Shown piece after piece: positions 29,298-39,970 of a stretch of 39,970 nucleotides of DNA (positions are counted from its first letter, which is position 1; the number at the start of each line of letters is the position of its first letter). The notes beneath the pieces were generated by a model, which was not told the origin of the DNA, ran no database searches, and saw nothing but the letters and a program-made list of their open reading frames with translations. The stretch comes from Chthoniobacteraceae bacterium (GTDB lineage Bacteria > Verrucomicrobiota > Verrucomicrobiia > Chthoniobacterales > Chthoniobacteraceae). The DNA lies in assembly GCA_031409335.1 (NCBI GenBank), contig JANNWY010000180.1, positions 1 through 39,970 on the forward strand, given 5' to 3'. Made by a program: the position numbers and the translations under genes.

Positions 29298-30263
29298 TCA
29301 CTCATCGAGTTTGCAGCTCTCAGAGAGTTCGTCGAGAAACTCAGGTTTCAAATACTTTACAATGCTCGCTACTTGATTAACGCGTTCCCGAAGAACGTTG
29401 AACGCGATGTAGCGACAAATCCCTGCTAACGGTGGTGAGAGACGTGAGAAGGTCGGGCGATTGACCTCGATCATCACTTTGCCTCGCCGTTCCTTTGGCG
29501 CAACGAGGTAAAGCGGAATGTTAATGTTAGGCTGCATCGCAACTAGGTCAGCCATACGAAGCAGCCCCGAGTAAATGGACGTAGTGCTCTCTATCTCGAA
29601 AGCCGCAACGATTGCGTTCCGGTTGAGCCAGAGCACATCAATGAGTTCGATGGTGCTGTTTGTCGCATCGTCAAACTGCAACGGGAGCTCGTCTTTTAGT
29701 CGCGGCAGGTTTGAGAATTTGTCGTTCTGAAATGCGCGTCCACGATCATTCTTTGCAACCCACACGTCGAATCCCATATCGACTCCAAGCTTTAGCAGTA
29801 GCCATTGAATCTCTGTGTGCTCGGTAGGAGCCTTCTCCGCAGGTGGCTCATCACCTTCCGAGTCATCGACACCGGGAACGGTAACTTGAATTGTTGTCTC
29901 ACCGACCTTTGACTTGAAGGCACGCGGTTGAACACGCTCGTTGAAGCCGGGAATCGTCTTTAGGTCCGAGATCTTAAAGCCACTAGCCTTTTTCTTGGAC
30001 CACTCCCTGCCAAGTGGCGTTATCTGAACGCATCCACGTCCACGCGGATCGAGAAGGTTCGCGAAGACCAGATATTGTCGAGCCCAGTGAACTCTATTTC
30101 GGAAAGTCGGAGTTCCGCCCGAGTTCTTCTGCTTAAAGTCGTCGTCGCTCAGGTTGAATCGCTTTCGCATCGCTTCGATCGCAGAGTTCATCACGACCGT
30201 CTCTTGTCCTGCCGCATACTCAAGCAGCGGCTTAAGAATAGATTGGAAGTCCGGAATAGCCAT
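29298..30263 (-). CDS. Mrr_N winged-helix domain fused to a PD-(D/E)XK-like nuclease domain (putative restriction endonuclease)
   Basis: MAIPDFQSILKPLL...FRNRVHWARQYL...RG...IT..G (Mrr N-terminus); C-terminal IDVLW..AAFEIESTTSIYSGLLRM; visibly lower GC than flanks. Confidence 0.8.
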   Translation of the reverse strand: MAIPDFQSILKPLLEYAAGQETVVMNSAIEAMRKRFNLSDDDFKQKNSGGTPTFRNRVHWARQYLVFANLLDPRGRGCVQITPLGREWSKKKASGFKISDLKTIPGFNERVQPRAFKSKVGETTIQVTVPGVDDSEGDEPPAEKAPTEHTEIQWLLLKLGVDMGFDVWVAKNDRGRAFQNDKFSNLPRLKDELPLQFDDATNSTIELIDVLWLNRNAIVAAFEIESTTSIYSGLLRMADLVAMQPNINIPLYLVAPKERRGKVMIEVNRPTFSRLSPPLAGICRYIAFNVLRERVNQVASIVKYLKPEFLDELSESCKLDE

Positions 30264-30271
30264 TTGGCTAG

Positions 30272-32878
<2,607 letters not shown>

Positions 32879-32934
32879 TTAGAAGTGCGGGGGTGCAGTC
32901 ACAAGGGGATTTTTAGGCGATTGTCGGGGATTTC

Positions 32935-32980
32935 CGCAAAATCTTGTGGCCTCGAAAAAAGACGACCACAAGATATTGTT
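32935..32980. promoter_or_regulatory. Tandem NrdR-box-like sites upstream of gyrB
   Basis: cgcaaaatcttgtg (32935-32948) and cacaagatattgtt (32967-32980) match CACWATATATWGTG at 11/14 and 12/14; 32 bp apart. Confidence 0.6.
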
Positions 32981-33017
32981 GGACACCGGAGGTTCGGTCG
33001 GAGTGAATTTGCCACCC

Positions 33018-34718
33018 GTGAACCGCGCGCCCTGGCTCTTTTCGATCCTGATTTTTTGCGCGCTCGCGTTCGTGATCCGTTGCTGGAATTTGCGCGACGT
33101 TTTTATCGACGATCGCATCTACTTCATCGATCCCGATTGCTACTCGCGGATGACCCGCGCCGCGTCGATCGCGGAAGGCGGCCCGCTCGTCATCCGCCAC
33201 CACGATTTCGAGAACTCGCCGGACGGCATCACCCCGCACACGACTGCGCCGATGGACTGGCTCATCGTCGCGGGGAAATGGATCGCGGATTGCGGATTGC
33301 GGATTGCGGATTTCAGCGGGACGAGCGTTTTGCGCGGGCAGACGCTCGATCTCGCGGGCGCGCTCATTTCGCCGCTGCTCGGCGCGCTGACGTGCGGCTG
33401 GCTCGCCGCGTGGGCGTGGTCCGCGGCGCGACATTCTTCGCTCGTCGCGCGCCACGCGAGTTTCGCCGCGCCGCTCCTTTTCGCCATCTCGCCGATCGCC
33501 GTGCATGGCGGCGCGCTCGGCCGGCCCGATCATCAGTCCCTCGTCCTGCTCCTACTCGCCATCATCATCGGCGCGGAAGTGCGGCTCATGCAGACGGTGC
33601 GCGAGTGGGAAAAACACGCGCGCCCACCGGATCGCCACATCGCGAAATGGTCGATCATCGGCGGCGTCGCGGGCGGCTTCGCGATGTGGGTTTCGCTCTA
33701 CGAACCGCTCGTTTTGTTCGGCGTGATTTTCGTCCTCATCGCCGCGCTCGATCGCGAGCAATTCCGCTGGCGCGAACGCTGGACCGGCTGGGCCATCGCC
33801 GCCGCCATCTACGCCGCATCGCTGCTCATCGACGGCTGGCGCATCTCGCTGCCCGACGAATCGGTGCGCACGTATTTCACGAACTGGAGCCACAGCATCG
33901 GCGAACTCGCGCATCTCGATCCGCGCGAGCCGCTGCTCTGGCATTGGTGCGGCTGGGCTGTCGCGCTCGCGCCCATCGCGCTCGGGATCGCCATTTGGAT
34001 GAAAGCGAAAGCCGCGCGCGCGGCTGGCGGCGCGCATCCGGCGTATCGGCCCGCGGCGTTCCTGCTCGGGCTGTTGCTCGTCACGTTCGGGCTCACGTGC
34101 TGGCAATTGCGCTGGGGATATTTTTTCGTGCTCGTCCTTGCGATGTCGCTGCCGTGGCAGCTCTCGGTCATCCGCCGCGCTTGGATCGCATGGACCGTGT
34201 TCCTCGTTTCGCTTTATCCCGTCGCGCAGAATTGGGAGGCGCGACTTTTCCCCGATGACGAAGCGGAGCGCAACCGCGCCGAGCAGCGCGCCGAGCGTAC
34301 GGCACTCCGCCAAATCGTCAGCGCGGCGCCGACCGGTGCATTCATCGCACCGTGGTGGCAATCGCCCGCGATCGCATACTGGACGCGGCAGCCCGGAGTG
34401 GCAGGCAGCTCGCACCAGAGCCTGCCCGGCATCGTCGATACCGCCCGCTTTTACCTCGCCGAGAAACCGGAAGACGCCGCCGCCATCTTGAAAAAACGCC
34501 GCGTCGCCTGGGTGCTCGCCGACGATGCCGAACACATCCTCGACACCTCCACCGCGCTGCTCGGCATCGAGTCCCCCGCGTTTCCGATCGCCACGATCCT
34601 CGCCGACCACCCACTCAAAGCGCCGCCGTTTCTAATGGAAATCGCCACGCCACCTTCGACGCGCAATCGCATCTTTTTCCGCCTCTACGCGGTCGAGCCG
34701 TCCGGATTTCCGCAGTAG
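33018..34718 (+). CDS. Multi-pass GT-C membrane protein, STT3/AglB-like oligosaccharyltransferase homolog (ORF opens at 32946; GTG 33018 is the likely start)
   Basis: YFIDPDCYSRMTRA, GRPDHQS, many TM helices, soluble C-terminal domain with APWWQSPAIAYW. Confidence 0.6.
   Translation: MNRAPWLFSILIFCALAFVIRCWNLRDVFIDDRIYFIDPDCYSRMTRAASIAEGGPLVIRHHDFENSPDGITPHTTAPMDWLIVAGKWIADCGLRIADFSGTSVLRGQTLDLAGALISPLLGALTCGWLAAWAWSAARHSSLVARHASFAAPLLFAISPIAVHGGALGRPDHQSLVLLLLAIIIGAEVRLMQTVREWEKHARPPDRHIAKWSIIGGVAGGFAMWVSLYEPLVLFGVIFVLIAALDREQFRWRERWTGWAIAAAIYAASLLIDGWRISLPDESVRTYFTNWSHSIGELAHLDPREPLLWHWCGWAVALAPIALGIAIWMKAKAARAAGGAHPAYRPAAFLLGLLLVTFGLTCWQLRWGYFFVLVLAMSLPWQLSVIRRAWIAWTVFLVSLYPVAQNWEARLFPDDEAERNRAEQRAERTALRQIVSAAPTGAFIAPWWQSPAIAYWTRQPGVAGSSHQSLPGIVDTARFYLAEKPEDAAAILKKRRVAWVLADDAEHILDTSTALLGIESPAFPIATILADHPLKAPPFLMEIATPPSTRNRIFFRLYAVEPSGFPQ
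33280..33312 (+). repeat. Heptamer tandem repeat (GGATTGC)n, in frame; same family as 7510
   Basis: ggatcgc ggattgc ggattgc ggattgc ggatt; encodes IADCGLRIAD. Confidence 0.85.
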
Positions 34719-34723
34719 TCTTG

Positions 34724-35836
34724 CTAACTGGTCGTCGCGTTCCTCTCGCGCAAAGCGCCCGCGATTTCCAAGGCGTAGCCACTGACGGCGACGATGAGGC
34801 CGATGCCGACGAAGCGGAGGTTTTGCGTAAGTAGATAGACGATGATGATGCCGCCGACGCCAAGGCACAGCAGGCGGACCGTCCGCGCGGTGGCAGTGTC
34901 GAGCGTGGTGGCGATGTAGGGAATCAGCGCCGCGCCAAGGGCGAGCGCGAGCGCGGCCCAGCCGAGCCCGCGCTGAATGTCGCCGCCGGAGTAAGAGACG
35001 GTCGGAGTTTGGATTTGCGGCTTTGGCATGGCGAGTCCGCCGCCGGGCATTTCCAGTCCCATTTTCATACCGAATTGCGACATCATCCGGCCCGCTTCGG
35101 CTCCGGGATTGATGACGATCCATGGCAGGAAAAATCCGAGCGCGACGAGTGCCGCGCCGATCAGCAGGAGGCGCTGGCTGCTGGTGAGCGGTGCCTGGCG
35201 CGAGGGGATGCGCGCGGTTGCGCCAAGCGCCTGGAGTAATTCGGCGCATTCGTCCGCGGTGATCTTGCCCGCTTCGAGCATGGCGACGATTTTCTCGCGT
35301 TCGCCGGATGAATGATCTGGCACAACGGAGATCGGCGGCGCGGCGGATTCCATGCGCAGCAGCGGGTACGCGGCTAGCGCGCCGCCGACCGCGACGGCGG
35401 TGAAAAGCGGGGAGATTTGGTACCCGCTCCAGGCGCAGACCACGATCGCGAGACCGACGACCACATTCGACGCGCAAAACCACGCCCGCACGCCCGCCTG
35501 CCCTGGCTGCGATTCATCCGCGGTGGTCTTTCCGCCGACCCATTTCCCCCACAGCCGCAGCGCCAGCGCCGCGCAAAAGACGACGCACATTCCAGCGGCG
35601 AAGAGACACAGCGTCGTCGCGGTGTCATTCCCTGCCTGGAACGCGGTGCGCGGCAGCTCGCGAGCCATCGAATAAACCTGCAATCCCGCCGCGATGATGG
35701 AAGCGAGGAGCGCGAGGAAACCTTTGTCAGCGGAAAGGCCGGTGTATTTTCGGAACCAAAAGATTGCAGGAATGAAGACGAGTGCGGCGAGGATGAGGAA
35801 GCTCATCCCAAATGGAACGGTCGGTGATTGGTGCAT
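34724..35836 (-). CDS. Multi-pass membrane protein with a central SHOCT-like helical motif
   Basis: ATG 35836, 5 nt after the DUF2089 stop; TM blocks flank EREKIVAMLEAGKITADECAELLQAL. Confidence 0.75.
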   Translation of the reverse strand: MHQSPTVPFGMSFLILAALVFIPAIFWFRKYTGLSADKGFLALLASIIAAGLQVYSMARELPRTAFQAGNDTATTLCLFAAGMCVVFCAALALRLWGKWVGGKTTADESQPGQAGVRAWFCASNVVVGLAIVVCAWSGYQISPLFTAVAVGGALAAYPLLRMESAAPPISVVPDHSSGEREKIVAMLEAGKITADECAELLQALGATARIPSRQAPLTSSQRLLLIGAALVALGFFLPWIVINPGAEAGRMMSQFGMKMGLEMPGGGLAMPKPQIQTPTVSYSGGDIQRGLGWAALALALGAALIPYIATTLDTATARTVRLLCLGVGGIIIVYLLTQNLRFVGIGLIVAVSGYALEIAGALRERNATTS

Positions 35837-35841
35837 GGTGT

Positions 35842-36210
35842 TTAGCTCGCTTTGAGCAGTTGGGTGGCTTCTTGCACGGTGATCTCGCCGCGCTCGAGTT
35901 GTTCGAGGATATCTTTGCGTCCGGACGGGGCGGACTGGTTGCCTAGCAGCACATTCACGAGGTCGAGCCGCTTGATGACGGTCGGGTAGGAAATGCCGAG
36001 TTCCTTTTCCACGTCGCGAATTTTCCCCTGGCAGCGGAGGAAGATCATGACGAATTCCTGAAGGTCCGGCGGCAGGCGAAAGAACGCGGGAATCGGCAGC
36101 GTCGTCTCGATCGAGGTATCGCACTGGATGCAGCCCAGGCGGCTGATCTCCAGTTTCCCTTCGCAAAACGGGCAGCGCGAGACGAGCTTCTTAACGGGCT
36201 TTGCGCTCAT
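35842..36210 (-). CDS. DUF2089 family protein (Zn ribbon + HTH + SHOCT-like)
   Basis: CPFC..CIQC, GKIRDVEKELGISYPTVIKRLD, DILEQLERGEITVQEATQLL. Confidence 0.9.
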   Translation of the reverse strand: MSAKPVKKLVSRCPFCEGKLEISRLGCIQCDTSIETTLPIPAFFRLPPDLQEFVMIFLRCQGKIRDVEKELGISYPTVIKRLDLVNVLLGNQSAPSGRKDILEQLERGEITVQEATQLLKAS

Positions 36211-36219
36211 TTTTCACGG

Positions 36220-36248
36220 AACATGAGTTAAGTAACTTAACTCGTCAA
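36220..36248 (-). promoter_or_regulatory. Putative sigma70 promoter with a perfect operator palindrome in the spacer
   Basis: - strand TTGACG-N17-CATGTT; gagttaagt-a-acttaactc (36225-36243) has perfect 9-bp arms. Confidence 0.6.
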
Positions 36249-36268
36249 TTAACTTTTTTAAGTATCTG

Positions 36269-37714
36269 CTATCCGAGAATGTCCCGGATCACATGTCCAT
36301 GCACATCGGTCAGCCGACGGTCGATGCCATTGTGGTAGAACGTGAGCTTCTCGTGATCGAGGCCGAGCAGGTGCAGGATGGTGGCGTGAAAGTCGGGGAT
36401 GATGACTTTGTTTTCGCCGACGAAATAGCCGACTTCGTCCGAGGCACCGTAGCTGATGCCCTGCTTCACACCAGCGCCGGCGAGGAAGCAGGTGAACGCG
36501 CTGGGATGATGGTCGCGGCCCATCGAGCCGATGCCTTGCGTGGCGGGACTGCGGCCAAACTCGGTGGACCAGATGAAGAGCGTGTCTTCCAACATGCCGC
36601 GCTGTTTGAGATCCTGCACGAGCGCGGCAACGGGCTTGTCCATCGTGGCGGCTTGCACGTCGTGATTTTCCTTCACGTTTTCATGGCCGTCCCAATTAAT
36701 GCGCGGGCTGCCGAATGATCCGCCGTTGAGGATTTGCACAAAGCGCACGCCGCGTTCGAGGAGGCGGCGCGCCATGAGGCAGTTCTTCGCGAAGCCTTTG
36801 TTCTGCGGCTCGTCGAGGCCGTAGAGTTTTTTTACGGTGTCCGGTTCGCTGTCGAGATTCGTCGCGTCGGGGATGCTCGCCTGCATCCGCGCGGCGAGTT
36901 CGTAGGAGCGGAGCCGCGCGGCGAAAGCACCGTCGCCGGGATTCGCGTTGGCAAAATCGCGGTTCATCGAAGCGAGCAGGTCCATGTCGGCCAAGCGCGC
37001 GGCGGGGGAGATGCTGGCAGGAGTGTGCAGGTCGGCGATGGGTTCCGCGGCGTTGGTGCGGAAGGAAACGCCCTGATGATTCGCGGGAAGAAAGCCGGAG
37101 GTCCAATTGATCGAGCCGCCCGCCGGCAGGCCGCGCGGGTCGGGCAGGACGACGAATGCGGGCAGGTTTTCGTTCTCGGTCCCGAGCCCGTAGCTGAGCC
37201 ACGCGCCCATGCAGGGGAAACCATTCAGCGTGAAGCCGCTGTTCATTTGAAAAGCCGCGGGCGTGTGATTGTTGCTCTTCGCAAACATTGACTTGATGAA
37301 GCAGAGGTCGTCCGCGCAGCCCGCGATGTGCGGCAGCAGATCACTCACCCACGCGCCGGATTTCCCGTGCTGGCGAAACGGATAAAGGCTCTTCATCAGC
37401 CGCCCCGGCTGGCCGAAAAATCCGAGGTTCTCCCCTTTGCCCTCCAGCGTTTTGCCATGCATCCGCTCCAACTCCGGCTTGTAATCGAACGTCTCCAGAT
37501 GGCTCACGCCGCCCGCGCAAAAGACCTGCACGACGCGCTTCGCCTTCGGCGGAAAATGCGGTTGGCCCGTGGGAAGGGCGGCTCGCGCGTTTTCCCGATC
37601 AAGCAGCCACGCGAGCGCGATTGCGCCGAGCCCTCCGCCCGAGTTCCACAGGAAATGACGACGCGAAAGCAGTGCCGCGTCACCAGTGAGTGATGGGAGA
37701 ATGTGATCGGACAT
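36269..37714 (-). CDS. DUF1501 domain protein with Tat-like leader
   Basis: ATG 37714; SRRHFL leader; KAKRVVQVFCAGGVSHLETFDYKP, STEFGRSP, GRDHH, RLTDVHG. Confidence 0.92.
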   Translation of the reverse strand: MSDHILPSLTGDAALLSRRHFLWNSGGGLGAIALAWLLDRENARAALPTGQPHFPPKAKRVVQVFCAGGVSHLETFDYKPELERMHGKTLEGKGENLGFFGQPGRLMKSLYPFRQHGKSGAWVSDLLPHIAGCADDLCFIKSMFAKSNNHTPAAFQMNSGFTLNGFPCMGAWLSYGLGTENENLPAFVVLPDPRGLPAGGSINWTSGFLPANHQGVSFRTNAAEPIADLHTPASISPAARLADMDLLASMNRDFANANPGDGAFAARLRSYELAARMQASIPDATNLDSEPDTVKKLYGLDEPQNKGFAKNCLMARRLLERGVRFVQILNGGSFGSPRINWDGHENVKENHDVQAATMDKPVAALVQDLKQRGMLEDTLFIWSTEFGRSPATQGIGSMGRDHHPSAFTCFLAGAGVKQGISYGASDEVGYFVGENKVIIPDFHATILHLLGLDHEKLTFYHNGIDRRLTDVHGHVIRDILG

Positions 37715-37730
37715 TCTGAGAGCGGAGGGG

Positions 37731-39170
37731 TCAGGCGATGAGATCACGAATCACATTTCCCGATACGTCCGTCAGCCGGTAGTCGCGCCCGGAGTAGCGG
37801 TAGGTGAGCTTCTCGTGATCGAGGCCCATGAGGTGCAGGATCGTCGCGTGCAGATCGTGGACGTGGACGCGGTTTTCCACCGCGGAGCAGCCGAACTCAT
37901 CGGTGGCTCCATAACTGAAGCCGGCTTTTACCCCCCCACCGGCGAGCCAGTTGGTGTAGCCGTAGTGATCGTGGTCGCGGCCTTTCGCGCCTTCGGAGGT
38001 CGGGGCGCGGCCAAATTCTCCGCCCCAAACGATCAGCGTGTCCTCGAAAAGCCCGCGCGCTTTCAGATCGTGAATCAACGCGGCGATGCCCTGATCGCAG
38101 GCTTTCGCGAGCTTCGCGTGCCCACCCACGATGTCGTCGTGGCCGGTGTCCCACGCGATGTCGTAGCCGTCGATGGAAAGGGACAACTGCACCACGCGCA
38201 CGCCCTGCTCGATGAGGCGGCGCGCAAGCAGGCAGCCTTTGGCAAATTCGCTGTCGCCGTAGAGATCGCGCGTGGGCTGCGATTCCTTGCTGATGTCGAA
38301 GACCTCGGGCACGGAGAACTGCATTCGAAAGGCCATCTCCATCGCGGCGATCCCGGCCTCGAGATCCTGATCGCGCTCCATCTGCGCGAGGTGCATTTGA
38401 TTCAACTGCGTGACGAGATCGACCTGCCGGCGCTGCTCCGCCGTCGGGAGACGCGAGTTTTTCAAATCGCGCATCACCGCGTCCGGCTTCATCTCCGCGA
38501 TATTCACATAGCTGCCCGCGTAGGCCCCGGGGAGAAAGGCATTCCCCCAATTCGCCAGCGTCCCGCGCGGCTGCGCCCGCGGCGACATCGCGACGAAGCC
38601 AGGCAAATCCTGATTCTCCGTCCCGAGCCCATACACCAGCCACGAGCCCATGCTCGGCCGGTTCGGCTGCAACGCGCCCACGTTCATCATCATCATCGCC
38701 CCCGCGTGCTCGGGGATGTCCGTGTGCATCGAGTGGATGAAACTAATGTCGTCCACGCACTGCCCGACGTTCTGGAAAATGTCGCTCACCCACTTGCCCG
38801 TCTGCCCGTATTGCTGAAAGCCGAACGGCGAAGGCATCAGCCCGTTCTTGGTATTCCGCAGCGTCTTGCGATCCACGATTTCCGGCCGCTCCCCCGCGTG
38901 TTTCGCCAGCATCGGTTTGTAATCAAACGTATCCACCTGCGAAGGCCCACCGGGCATGAAAAGCTGAATCACCCGCTTCGCCCGCGGCACGAAATGCGGC
39001 AGCTTCGGCAGCAGCGGCGACGAAGCCATCGCGCCGAATGTGCGGGCCGGCTGCAGCATTCCGGCAAGACCGATCGCACCCATGCCCGCGCCGAGGCGGT
39101 TCAGAAAATCGCGCCGCGAGAGCTGGCGCGCGTCGCGACGAAAGGCGGCTTCATGTTCGGTGAATTGCAT
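37731..39170 (-). CDS. DUF1501 domain protein with Tat-like leader
   Basis: SRRDFL leader; RAKRVIQLFMPGGPSQVDTFDYKP, GGEFGRAP, GRDH, RLTDVSG. Confidence 0.92.
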   Translation of the reverse strand: MQFTEHEAAFRRDARQLSRRDFLNRLGAGMGAIGLAGMLQPARTFGAMASSPLLPKLPHFVPRAKRVIQLFMPGGPSQVDTFDYKPMLAKHAGERPEIVDRKTLRNTKNGLMPSPFGFQQYGQTGKWVSDIFQNVGQCVDDISFIHSMHTDIPEHAGAMMMMNVGALQPNRPSMGSWLVYGLGTENQDLPGFVAMSPRAQPRGTLANWGNAFLPGAYAGSYVNIAEMKPDAVMRDLKNSRLPTAEQRRQVDLVTQLNQMHLAQMERDQDLEAGIAAMEMAFRMQFSVPEVFDISKESQPTRDLYGDSEFAKGCLLARRLIEQGVRVVQLSLSIDGYDIAWDTGHDDIVGGHAKLAKACDQGIAALIHDLKARGLFEDTLIVWGGEFGRAPTSEGAKGRDHDHYGYTNWLAGGGVKAGFSYGATDEFGCSAVENRVHVHDLHATILHLMGLDHEKLTYRYSGRDYRLTDVSGNVIRDLIA

Positions 39171-39252
39171 CGTTCCAATCGCTCAACATCTCACGCCAGT
39201 GCTTCTTTGATGAAATGACCGTGCAAGTCGTCGGGAGAAAACACGCAACGGA

Positions 39253-39681
39253 TTACCAACGGTGCAGCGCGATGCCCGCAGCGGTTGCGAGGGCCGTTTG
39301 GCGCGCATCGGTCGTCAGCAATTCGCGCGCTGCGAGCACCCGCGCCACGGCGCAGTGCAGAGTATCCAGCGCGCGGCATCCACTCGTCGCGGCGTGTTGG
39401 AGAGCCAGCGTTTGCGCTTCCTTCCAAACCGCCGGCCAATCGCAATCCATTCGCGCCAACTTCCCACTGGCGAGGTCTTCCTCCACAGCCGCATGAGCCG
39501 CCTCAGCCTGTTCCGCCGTGGCTTCGCCCCGAAAAACCTTCACCTGCAACGCCGTGGTCAGTTCCAAGGCGTGCAGGTCTGTAAAGCCGATCGTTTCCCC
39601 AGCCACTGCCGCAGCCACGCTCGCGCTGTTCGCCTCGGGATAGTAGAGCTTCACCAGGCAGCCGGTATCGAGATAAAGCAC
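39253..39681 (-). CDS. PIN-domain (VapC-type) toxin
   Basis: YLDTGCLVKLY, ELTTAL, RALDTLHCAVA, LLTTDARQ. Confidence 0.9.
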   Translation of the reverse strand: MLYLDTGCLVKLYYPEANSASVAAAVAGETIGFTDLHALELTTALQVKVFRGEATAEQAEAAHAAVEEDLASGKLARMDCDWPAVWKEAQTLALQHAATSGCRALDTLHCAVARVLAARELLTTDARQTALATAAGIALHRW

Positions 39682-39687
39682 GGCAGA

Positions 39688-39912
39688 TTATCCGCGACTG
39701 GCCGAGACGATTTCGCTGAGCGGAGCGCCGGGCGGACGTTCACCCCAGATGCGTTTTGCGCGCGCGAGGAAATCCGGCTCGACGCCTCTTACTTTGGGAA
39801 TGAGTGTCGCCATCACTGCTCCGTTGTTGACGATTTCCAGCGACTCTCCGCGGGCAATGGCCTGGTCGAGAATCGCAGGATCGCGATGGATGTCGTCGAG
39901 CGTTGCAGTCAT
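39688..39912 (-). CDS. Phd/YefM-like antitoxin of the PIN toxin
   Basis: 74 aa directly upstream of the PIN gene; ILDQAIARGESLEIVNNGAVMATLIP. Confidence 0.8.
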   Translation of the reverse strand: MTATLDDIHRDPAILDQAIARGESLEIVNNGAVMATLIPKVRGVEPDFLARAKRIWGERPPGAPLSEIVSASRG

Positions 39913-39918
39913 GGCGCG

Positions 39919-39947
39919 ACTATGCGCGCTGGCTGCGAAGCCGGCAA
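39919..39947 (-). promoter_or_regulatory. Putative leaderless sigma70 promoter of the TA pair
   Basis: - strand TTGCCG-N17-CATAGT-N6-ATG, no SD. Confidence 0.5.
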
Positions 39948-39970
39948 GCCGCTCGTTCAGCGCGCCGAAT

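Noticed and set aside
27811..30271. Integron cassette array or IS/prophage
   Set aside because: Spacers are 6-63 nt with no recognisable attC structure; no integrase, transposase or phage genes
35837..36166. N-terminal 110 aa of the 480-aa ORF 34724..36166
   Set aside because: Overlaps DUF2089 in another frame; ATG 35836 just after the DUF2089 stop is the more plausible start

Overview
High-GC bacterial chromosome segment, most consistent with Verrucomicrobiota (Chthoniobacter-like); the lineage is inferred from PVC-type gene families, a short ATP synthase delta subunit and SD-poor starts. Left arm (1-16.4 kb): partial sulfatase, VanZ-like membrane protein, a 1687-aa SGNH/beta-propeller/HEAT/CxxCH protein, two DUF1549/DUF1553 cytochrome c proteins, a LamG-like protein and a DUF1501 protein. 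Centre: a complete atpBEFHAGDC operon, a disulfide oxidoreductase, and gyrB-gyrA split by five co-oriented defence/toxin-antitoxin genes. Right arm: an STT3/AglB-like membrane glycosyltransferase, DUF2089 plus a SHOCT-like membrane protein, two more DUF1501 genes and a VapBC-type pair. The most unusual signal is a set of short-period (6, 7 and 9 nt) tandem repeats, often arranged as inverted arms, together with REP-like hairpins. Many lie in frame inside protein loops. One supplies a signal-peptide core, one carries a stop-avoiding substitution, and one appears synonymously eroded. The 1687-aa gene also contains sharply bounded ~45-53% GC patches that keep the reading frame. Candidate regulatory sites: a perfect Rex/CRP-type box before atp, tandem NrdR-like boxes before gyrB, and an operator palindrome before DUF2089. 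All family calls come from motif recognition, not database searches; GC values are hand counts.
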